64,000 nucleotides of DNA, taken from the NCBI GenBank assembly GCA_016712265.1, contig JADJRJ010000028.1:1076329-1140328 (forward strand). Direction: 5' to 3'. This DNA is from Gemmatimonadota bacterium. GTDB taxonomy: Bacteria; Gemmatimonadota; Gemmatimonadetes; Gemmatimonadales; Gemmatimonadaceae. The notes under the pieces were generated by a model that was given only the letters and a program-made list of their open reading frames with translations, was not told the origin of the DNA and made no database searches. Position 1 is the stretch's first letter, and each line of letters starts with the position of its first letter. Of the stretch, positions 56,927 through 64,000 are shown piece after piece. Both the position numbers and the translations under genes were made by a program.

Positions 56927-58414
56927 ATGGACAGGGTAACGGTGGGGAAGGGAAGACGCCCGCACGCATGGGAATGGGCTCTTGTCCTTGCTCCATTTCT
57001 CGCGCTGGTGGCGGTCCATTGGAACGACCTGCCTTCGCGGCACGCCGGCGACTATGCGCAGTACCTCTTGCATGCCCAGGCACTGGTCGAAGGCCGCCCG
57101 TACGACGCGACGGGCTACATCTATAGCCCGTACGCGGCGCTGATCAGTCCCCGGGTACAGCCACCGGGCTGGCCACTCATCCTCACGCCGGTGGTGGCCC
57201 AGTTCGGCGTGGGACTGTTGGTACCCAAGATCCTGGTGACGCTCGCTGGGGTGCTTTTTCTCGGCTTCGTCATGAAGCGGATGTCACGCGACGAGGACCC
57301 GACGTTGCTCGCCGTGGCCATTGGCGGGGCGGGCTTGGCGCTCGAGACCACGTACGCGACCAACTCGCCCCTTTCGGACCTTCCGTTCTGCGCGATGCTC
57401 TGGGGGATCGTGCTGCTGGCGGATTCACCGCGCGCGCTGTCCTGGAGTCGTACCGCGCTGATCGGGGCGCTGACCGTGTACGCCATCGCCACACGCATCG
57501 CCGGCGTTGCGGTATTACCGGCACTTGTGTTGCTGGCCTGGCGACGGCCGCATGACCGGCGTGTGCTGCTCGGGCTCACCTCGGCGTTTGTCGTGGCCGG
57601 AGTGGTGGGGATCCTCGTGGTGGGTCCTGACAAGGTGCCCTTCATGAGTCAGATGTTCCGGTCACCCGAGGTCATGTGGGGCCGGATCACGGCGTTCGGT
57701 GACAAGTATCGGCTGCCGTTCTTCGAGGCGACCATGTATCCGTTCCCCTGGGACCTGGCCAACGACGGATATCACGTGCTGGCGATGGGGATGGTTCCGT
57801 TCGGGGTGCTCGCCTTCTTCAAGCGCTACGGCCAATCACTGCTTGGCTGCCTGGTGGCGACCTATGCCGTGATGATCCTTCTCGCACCCGTGGCGGACGC
57901 CCGGTACCTGTGGCCATTCTGGCCGGTGCTGCTGTACTGGGTGGTGGCTGGCCTGCGCACGCTCGTGTCGCGGCTGCCGCGCGTGGCACCGCAGGCCACT
58001 CGTCTTGCCTTGGGGGTGGGATTGGTTGTCATCGTTGGCGGCTTCACGCGCGGTGTGCGGACGCCGTCGCCGGAGGGACTTCTCACCGATCCGGATGTGC
58101 GCGACCTGTTTTCGTGGGTCCGGCGCCATCCGCAGAAAGGGGAACTGCGCGTGATGTTCGTGCGTGCACGCGTTCTCACGCTGGCCACCGGTGTCCCGGC
58201 GATGGGGGTGTTCCGGGCTGACGATGCGCGGATCACCTCCGAGTTGCGCCGTGGGCGCATCACGCATGTCGTGGTGGGCGACGCAGGTACCGGGCATGTG
58301 GGCGCCGCCGCCCTGGAGGCGACGGTGAGGGCGATGCCGTCGGCGTTCCAGCGCGAATACGAGAACGCGTCATTCGTGGTGTATCGCGTCGTCGGGGCTG
58401 CGCGCGGTTCCTGA
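56927..58414 (+). CDS. polytopic membrane glycosyltransferase-like protein (GT39/ArnT/DUF2029-like)
   Basis: 496 aa with more than 10 TM helices in a PMT/ArnT-like arrangement. The family assignment is tentative. Confidence 0.45.
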   Translation: MDRVTVGKGRRPHAWEWALVLAPFLALVAVHWNDLPSRHAGDYAQYLLHAQALVEGRPYDATGYIYSPYAALISPRVQPPGWPLILTPVVAQFGVGLLVPKILVTLAGVLFLGFVMKRMSRDEDPTLLAVAIGGAGLALETTYATNSPLSDLPFCAMLWGIVLLADSPRALSWSRTALIGALTVYAIATRIAGVAVLPALVLLAWRRPHDRRVLLGLTSAFVVAGVVGILVVGPDKVPFMSQMFRSPEVMWGRITAFGDKYRLPFFEATMYPFPWDLANDGYHVLAMGMVPFGVLAFFKRYGQSLLGCLVATYAVMILLAPVADARYLWPFWPVLLYWVVAGLRTLVSRLPRVAPQATRLALGVGLVVIVGGFTRGVRTPSPEGLLTDPDVRDLFSWVRRHPQKGELRVMFVRARVLTLATGVPAMGVFRADDARITSELRRGRITHVVVGDAGTGHVGAAALEATVRAMPSAFQREYENASFVVYRVVGAARGS

Positions 58415-58437
58415 CGACTGCCTGACGAGTGCACGGC

Positions 58438-58462
58438 GTGTGCGGCACTTTGTGCCGCACAC
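58438..58462. promoter_or_regulatory. perfect inverted repeat GTGTGCGGCAC-TTT-GTGCCGCACAC
   Basis: 11-bp arms with a 3-nt loop, 24 nt after the upstream stop. There is no U-tract. It is either a factor-binding palindrome or a terminator-like hairpin. Confidence 0.4.
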
Positions 58463-58860
58463 GTCGGCGTCGTGACCACGACGGTACTTGCGGTGTGATG
58501 CTGCGTACAGAGCGGGACGCCATTCGCTGTTAGTTTCGGCCGGCGATGCGTGAACCAACACCATGGCTTCGGTGGGCGCACAAGCGAAGTGTGACCCGGG
58601 TCAAGTCGGTCGCGTGTTGCAACCCCCTGTCCTGCAAGCAGTTACCCCCTCCTCGGTTGCTCGTCTTCTTCGTGAGCACCACCGCAAATTCCTAAGCACG
58701 TGATGCAACCTGCACCAATCCGCGTCCCATGTCCGGGTCGCGACAAAGGCAGCCTCCGGGAAACCGGAGTGAGTCCGCAAAGCTGACGGGGCTACCGCAC
58801 CCACCGGGTGCCATGCTGGCCGAGTTGCCGAACGAACCCTAGCCGCACGAAGGGACCGCC

Positions 58861-61800
58861 ATGATCATGGATTCGACGAGACGCCGACTCACCACCTTCG
58901 CCGCAGCGCTACTGGTCGCATGCGGGGACAACGCGCAGCAGACGGAACCTCCGCCAACGCCGCCGCGGGACCAACTCTCGGTTCGCCTGGACGTAGAGAG
59001 CGACTCGATGTTGCTCGGCACGACGCGGCTGTTCGCCGCCGCCGTGACGAATCAGTTCAACGCACCTCGGTCCGCGTCCGTGACATGGGCGTCCACTAAT
59101 CCTGCGGTACTCACCGTGGGCACGGACGGCCTGGTCACCGCGATTGGCGAGGGGAGTGCGCAGGTGGTTGCGTCGATCACGGGCAGCGCCGACACCGCCC
59201 TCGTGCGGGTGTACGGGCTCCCGATCTCACTGGCCGTCTTCCCCGAGGTTGTGAGCCTCGCGGTCGGCGACGACTTCCAGCTCACGACGGAATCCGAGAA
59301 CGTCGCTGGGAGCGGCAGCACACCGATCGCGTGGTCGGTCTCCGACTCGAGCATTGCCGCCATTTCGCCGGAAGGCGTGGTGACGGGAATGGGCGAGGGC
59401 GACGTCACGGTGACGGCGCGATTCGGTACGGCGGAGGCGAGCGCTTCTGTTGGGGTGTTTGCCACGCCGGTCGCGAATGTCGCGGTGAGTCCGGCGTCTG
59501 CAACGATTGCTGTAGGCGGGCGGCTGGATCTCGACGCCGTCGCGCGGAGCTGGACGGGCAAGATCCTCGGCGGCGCGAAATTCAAGTGGAGCACGAGTAA
59601 TGCTACGGTTGCCTCGGTCACCGAGGTGGGCCTCGTCACGGGCAAGACCCGTGGCTTTGCGGTGATCACGGCGACGGCTGGTGGCAAGAGCGCGAGTGCG
59701 ACGATCAATGTCGCGGCGCCCTCGGTGGTTAGCGTTCGGGCGCAGCTCCCGGACTCTTCCCTTCTGGAAGGTCAGTTGCTCACCGGGACTGCGGCGGCGC
59801 TCGATAGCTCGGGTCGGGTGATCACCGGACTTCCGGTGGCGTGGCAATCGAGCAATCCATCGGTGGCTACCGTGACGGCGGGCGGGGCGGTGACCGCCCT
59901 CGCCGCGGGGACGGTCACCATCAGCGCGATTATTGGTGGCAAGGTGGGGTCGATTCCGATCACGATCGCGAGACGCGCGGCGACGTCGCTGGCGATCGTC
60001 CCTGCCAACCCGACCATCATCGTCGGTGGGTCGAGTCAGTTGATCGGCGAAGTTCGCGACCAGAATGGCGTGGCCATGCCCGGCTATCCGGTGACTTGGA
60101 GTTCCGCCAGCACATCGGTGGCCGTGGTGTCTTCGGCCGGCGTCGTGACCGGGGTGTCGCCGGGCACGTCGATCATTCGGGCCACGAGCGGTCCGCTCAC
60201 CCTGACGACAACTGCGACAGTGAACGCGGTGGCGGTGAACCGCGTTACCGTCTCGCCGTCCACCGGGCAACTTGTGGTTGGCAACACCTTCACCCTCACT
60301 GCCACGGCCCAGGATAGTCAAGGCAACGTCCTGCCCGGGCGGGTGATCACCTGGACGTCCTCGGCACCTCAGGTGGCCACGGTGTCGCCATCGGGTGTGG
60401 TGATGGCGGTCGCCGTTGGGTCGGTCGTCATCACCGCGACCTCCGAGGGCAAGTCCGGTGGCGCGCTACTCAACGTGAACCCGGTTCCGGCGGCCACGGT
60501 CGCGACGGTGGGAGTGACGTTGAACGCGTCGCAGCTGAATGTGGGACAGGCGACCCAGGCCGTGGTGCAGCTTCGCGACTCCTCGGGGAATACGGTGTCT
60601 GGTGTGCCGGTGACCTGGGCGTCCAGCGCGCCGAGCGTAGCCACGGTGTCATCGAGCGGTCTGGTGTCAGCCGTCAGCGGGGGGACGGTGTCTATCACCG
60701 CCACCGCCCAGGGCGTGGTGGGTGGGGCGGGCTTGAGTGTGGCCGCGCCGTCCGCGCTGCCCGTGGCGACCGTCGCCGTAACCACCAATCCGGGTGCGAT
60801 TCCCTCCGGCGCAACGGCCACGGCGCAGGTGGTGGTCAAGGATTCACTCGGGACGATCCTCTTTGGTCGCTCCATCGGGTATTCATCGAGCAAGCCCTCG
60901 GTCGCCACGGTCAACGCGAGTGGCGTGATCACGGGCGTGGCGTCGGGCAACTCCTACATCTCCGCAACGAGCGGTAGTGTCGTGGGTCGAACGCAGATCG
61001 CCGTGACCACTGGTACCCCCGTGGTGACGCGGGTCAGCGTGGACGCGCCCGTCACGACCCTGCAGGTGGGGGACACGGCGCGCGCGGTAGCGACCGCCTA
61101 CGATGCGTCGAACGCCACCGTGGGCGGCCTGATCTGGACGTGGACCTCCTCGGACACCTCGGTGCTCAAGGTTGGCACCCAGGGCAAGGTGACCGCGCTC
61201 AACGTCGGGAGCGCGAGCATTACGGCCTGGGCGCAAGGCGTCACCAGCGGACTCGGGTTTACCGTGACGAACGCAGCGCCCGCGCCGGTGGCGTCCGTGA
61301 TGTTCTCGCTCAACGCGAGTGCGTTGCAGGTAGGACAAACAACGCAAGGGAGCGCGATCCTGCGCGACGCCAACGGCAACCTCCTGACGGGTCGCACGAT
61401 TTCGTACTCGAGCTCCAACACTGCCGTGGCCACGATCTCCACGACGGGCCTGGTCACGGCGGTGGGCTCCGGGAATGCGACGCTGTCCGCCTTGAGCGGC
61501 GGCGTGTCCGGTGGGGCGGGGGTTACTGTCGCGGCCGCGCCGGCCGTCGGGTCCGTATCGGTCACGCTGACGCCGGCAAGCATCAGCGTGTCGCAGGCGG
61601 CGTCTGCAACCGCACTCGTGCGCGACGTCAACGGCGCCATCATGACGGGCCAGTCGGTGACCTGGAGCATCGTTAACAACGGGGTGGCGAGCATCACGCA
61701 GAGCGGTGTCGTCACGGGAACCAGTGCTGGCTCGACCACCGTCTCGGCGTCCGTCCAAGGGGTCTCGGGTTCAGCGGCGCTCGCGGTGACGGCGGTGTCG

Positions 61801-63255
61801 CCCATTGCCACCCCGCAGCTCCCGCGCGCGGTCCCGGCATTGCCCGTCGCTGCGTTGAATCGAAGCTGTACCGACCGGCCGACGACGGTCACCGCGCTGC
61901 AACAGGCGCTCAACGCCGGCGGCGCGCGTACGATCTGCCTCGCCATGGGGTTGGTCCTCAAGGGCTCGTTCGATATCCCCGCCCGGGCAGCCAACGACAC
62001 GTCGTGGAGCATCTTGCGGGCCGACACGACACTGACGCTAGGCACGCGCGTTACGGGGGCGGAACGTCTGCCCAAGATCCAGATCGTTGATGTGCGATTC
62101 CCCGCGTTGTGGTTCCACTCGCGCGCCGCACGTTGGGTGGTGCAGGGGATTGAGATGACCACCGATCCGGCCGTCGTTGCCGGTCCGTTGTCCCTGGTCG
62201 AGGCGGGTGAGCGGATCGCCGAAACCACCGTGGCAGCGCTTCCGCGCGAGATCCACTTCACGCACGTGAACGTGCACGGCTGGCCCAACCAGAACCTGCG
62301 CCGTGGGTTCATGCTGAACGGTGCCGGTCACATCGTCCGCGACTCGCGTTGCACCGAGATTCACGAGCGCAACTCGGACAGCCAGTGCACCCTCAGCTAC
62401 AACGGGCCAGGGCCATTCCTCATCGAGAACAACCTCCTCGAAGCGGCCTCGGAGAACGTCATGTGGGGTGGGGCGGATCCGGGGATCAATGGGTTGGTTC
62501 CCTGCGACATCACGGTACGCAACAACCGGATCTCGAAGCCCGCGACCTGGAAGCAGGTCGGTACGCCGAGCCAGTCGGGGAGCTACCTGATCAAGCTGCT
62601 GTACGAGTCGAAGAGCTCTTGCCGCTCGCTGATCGAGGGGAATTCCTTTGATGGCGTGTGGAAGGACGGCCAGATGGGATATGCCGTGTGGCTCAAGTCG
62701 GTGAACCAACAGGGCAATTGCCGCTGGTGTCGTACGACCGACGTCACCTTCCGGAACAACACCTTCCGCAATGTGGGCGCCGGCTTTGCCTTCAGCGGGT
62801 CGCCCGAAGTCTTCCCGGTCGACAGCGCCTTGCGCCGGGTGCTGGTGACCGGCAACTGGATCGAGAACATCAACGTCCAACCGTACGATGGCGACTCACG
62901 ACCCATCCTGCTCAACGTGAATGCGCGAGATGTCTCCTTCATCCGAAACACCTGGACCGGTGGGAACTTCCCGAAGGACGCCATCATCTTTGACATCTCG
63001 AACGGCATCAAGGCGGTCACGAACTTCCGCTTTGAGGACAACGTGATCCCGACGGCACAGTATGGGGTCGGGGCGACGGCCGTGGGCGAAGGGACCGTCG
63101 CGCTCAACGCAGGGGTCGGGGGGTCATGGACCTTCCTGCGCAACACGTTCATCGGCAACCAGCGGAACGGTTATCCCGCCACGACCAAGTGGGCGTCGTC
63201 GCTGGCCGGAGCGTTGTCGACCGGGTCCGGAGTGGCGGCCCCGCCGGTGCCCTAG
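58861..63255 (+). CDS. giant surface lipoprotein with ~14 Big_2 (bacterial Ig-like group 2) repeats and C-terminal right-handed beta-helix (pectin-lyase-fold-like) domain
   Basis: A lipobox (LLVACG) and repeated ~85-aa units (VTWxSSNxxVATVsxxGvVTAVxxGtxxItA), followed by a ~480-aa C-terminus with NNRI / RNNTFRN beta-helix-like repeats. Confidence 0.75.
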   Translation: MIMDSTRRRLTTFAAALLVACGDNAQQTEPPPTPPRDQLSVRLDVESDSMLLGTTRLFAAAVTNQFNAPRSASVTWASTNPAVLTVGTDGLVTAIGEGSAQVVASITGSADTALVRVYGLPISLAVFPEVVSLAVGDDFQLTTESENVAGSGSTPIAWSVSDSSIAAISPEGVVTGMGEGDVTVTARFGTAEASASVGVFATPVANVAVSPASATIAVGGRLDLDAVARSWTGKILGGAKFKWSTSNATVASVTEVGLVTGKTRGFAVITATAGGKSASATINVAAPSVVSVRAQLPDSSLLEGQLLTGTAAALDSSGRVITGLPVAWQSSNPSVATVTAGGAVTALAAGTVTISAIIGGKVGSIPITIARRAATSLAIVPANPTIIVGGSSQLIGEVRDQNGVAMPGYPVTWSSASTSVAVVSSAGVVTGVSPGTSIIRATSGPLTLTTTATVNAVAVNRVTVSPSTGQLVVGNTFTLTATAQDSQGNVLPGRVITWTSSAPQVATVSPSGVVMAVAVGSVVITATSEGKSGGALLNVNPVPAATVATVGVTLNASQLNVGQATQAVVQLRDSSGNTVSGVPVTWASSAPSVATVSSSGLVSAVSGGTVSITATAQGVVGGAGLSVAAPSALPVATVAVTTNPGAIPSGATATAQVVVKDSLGTILFGRSIGYSSSKPSVATVNASGVITGVASGNSYISATSGSVVGRTQIAVTTGTPVVTRVSVDAPVTTLQVGDTARAVATAYDASNATVGGLIWTWTSSDTSVLKVGTQGKVTALNVGSASITAWAQGVTSGLGFTVTNAAPAPVASVMFSLNASALQVGQTTQGSAILRDANGNLLTGRTISYSSSNTAVATISTTGLVTAVGSGNATLSALSGGVSGGAGVTVAAAPAVGSVSVTLTPASISVSQAASATALVRDVNGAIMTGQSVTWSIVNNGVASITQSGVVTGTSAGSTTVSASVQGVSGSAALAVTAVSPIATPQLPRAVPALPVAALNRSCTDRPTTVTALQQALNAGGARTICLAMGLVLKGSFDIPARAANDTSWSILRADTTLTLGTRVTGAERLPKIQIVDVRFPALWFHSRAARWVVQGIEMTTDPAVVAGPLSLVEAGERIAETTVAALPREIHFTHVNVHGWPNQNLRRGFMLNGAGHIVRDSRCTEIHERNSDSQCTLSYNGPGPFLIENNLLEAASENVMWGGADPGINGLVPCDITVRNNRISKPATWKQVGTPSQSGSYLIKLLYESKSSCRSLIEGNSFDGVWKDGQMGYAVWLKSVNQQGNCRWCRTTDVTFRNNTFRNVGAGFAFSGSPEVFPVDSALRRVLVTGNWIENINVQPYDGDSRPILLNVNARDVSFIRNTWTGGNFPKDAIIFDISNGIKAVTNFRFEDNVIPTAQYGVGATAVGEGTVALNAGVGGSWTFLRNTFIGNQRNGYPATTKWASSLAGALSTGSGVAAPPVP

Positions 63256-63285
63256 CGGCGACGGGTAGGCGCGGCGGGTAGTGGC

Positions 63286-63325
63286 GAGGCGGGCCTCCGA
63301 TCCAGGGGGCCCGCCTCTTGCTTGG
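63286..63325 (+). terminator. stem-loop GAGGCGGGCC...GGCCCGCCTC followed by TTGCTTGG; candidate terminator between convergent genes
   Basis: A perfect 10-bp GC-rich stem with a 12-nt loop and a weak U-tract, about 30 nt after the 63255 stop. Confidence 0.45.
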
Positions 63326-63346
63326 CGGGACCCCGCGTGCCGTCCG

Positions 63347-64000
63347 CTACCAGCAGATCCCTTCGTACGTCTTGCCGTCGCTGCGACGCGCACCAAAGGC
63401 GCGCACCAGGTCCACCACGACCTGGCCCTCGCGCACCTTGTCGCTGATGGAGCGGAATTCCGGCGAGCCGTTGCCGATGATGATCGTGTCGCTCTTCGCC
63501 AGCACGTCATCGATGGAACCGGACATCAACTCCCAGATATGGGGGATCTCGCGCTCCACGTACTCCTTGTTGGCCCCAATCAGGCGTGCGCTCGTCACTT
63601 CCCGGTCGTAGATCGAGAGCTGGGCGCCCTTGCCGATCAGTTTCTCGATCAGGGTCACCATCGGGGACTCCCGCAGGTCGTCCGTTCCGGCTTTGAACGC
63701 GAGACCAAGGACGCCGATCCGGCGGCTCCCGGCCGCCTGCACCATGTCGAACGCTCGCGTGACCTGCAGGTCGTTGGACCGCAGGGTGGCCTCCAGGATC
63801 GGGGTCGGGACGTCGAGCTGGCGGGCGCGGTAGCTCACCGCACGCAGGTCCTTGGGGAGACACGATCCACCGAACGCGAAGCCCGGCTTGAGGTAATACG
63901 GCGAGATGTTGAGCTTCGTGTCCTCGCAAAAGATCCGCATGACCTCGTGCGAATCGACCCCGCTCGCCTTGCACACGTTCCCGATCTCGTTGGCAAAGCC
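63347..64000 (-). CDS. ugd: UDP-glucose/GDP-mannose 6-dehydrogenase, C-terminal part (5' end beyond window)
   Basis: The catalytic Cys context (FGGSCLPKDL) and the UDP-binding C-domain (GLAFKAGTDDLRESP). The frame stays open to the window edge. Confidence 0.8.
   Translation of the reverse strand, partial: GFANEIGNVCKASGVDSHEVMRIFCEDTKLNISPYYLKPGFAFGGSCLPKDLRAVSYRARQLDVPTPILEATLRSNDLQVTRAFDMVQAAGSRRIGVLGLAFKAGTDDLRESPMVTLIEKLIGKGAQLSIYDREVTSARLIGANKEYVEREIPHIWELMSGSIDDVLAKSDTIIIGNGSPEFRSISDKVREGQVVVDLVRAFGARRSDGKTYEGICW

Noticed and set aside
1-64000. CRISPR arrays, IS elements/transposases, integrases, prophage genes, toxin-antitoxin pairs, restriction-modification or other defense genes
   Set aside because: I found no direct-repeat/spacer arrays, no transposase, integrase or recombinase motifs, no ATPase-nuclease defense-type pairs, and no compositional island apart from short AT-rich promoter patches.

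Overview
This is a ~69-70% GC bacterial chromosomal segment. The gene content (SusC-like TonB receptor with carboxypeptidase-regulatory N-domain, DUF5916, many secreted hydrolases) suggests a Gemmatimonadota-like organism, but that is a guess. The window is densely coding, with about 52 protein genes, and I found no rRNA, tRNA, CRISPR array, transposase or integrase. Recognisable modules, left to right: the C-terminal end of a PLP-dependent dehydratase, a serine hydrolase, a VIT1/CCC1 iron transporter divergent from a PDZ protein and a TonB-dependent receptor, a PadR-Kup pair, an ECF sigma / anti-sigma / Spy-like / TolC / membrane-fusion / FtsX-permease efflux operon with no ATPase gene in the locus, an HD-domain protein, a cyclophilin, endonuclease III with a basic N-terminal tail, two alpha/beta or beta-lactamase-like hydrolases, a divergent HDAC-like / HEAT-repeat pair, M42 and M61 peptidases, an amidohydrolase, a DUF4349 / NfeD / flotillin operon, RidA, DinB, a nitrilase and an acyl-CoA dehydrogenase. 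On the minus strand, metH, a homocysteine-methyltransferase/MTHFR fusion gene and a CusRS-like two-component system with CzcCBA-type heavy-metal RND efflux genes form one unbroken, overlap-coupled gene array. Further right are yggT-yggU, an aldehyde dehydrogenase, a VanZ-like protein, a GT39-like membrane glycosyltransferase-like protein, a 1464-aa lipoprotein with about 14 Big_2 Ig-like repeats and a C-terminal beta-helix, and a partial UDP-glucose dehydrogenase. I found no defense island. Each of the following is written up as a finding. (1) A 446-nt leader before the giant Ig-repeat gene holds a GNRA-capped hairpin followed by CGCAAAGC, reminiscent of a c-di-GMP-I (GEMM) riboswitch. (2) The metH leader carries an intrinsic terminator abutting the GTG start plus a tandem direct repeat. 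(3) The octamer GCCTAACG is clearly over-represented and frequently occupies the rare-codon frame NCG-TTA-GGC. (4) The efflux operon lacks an ATPase and its membrane-fusion protein carries a long low-complexity insertion. (5) A G10C6 homopolymer tract sits inside the endonuclease III N-terminal extension.
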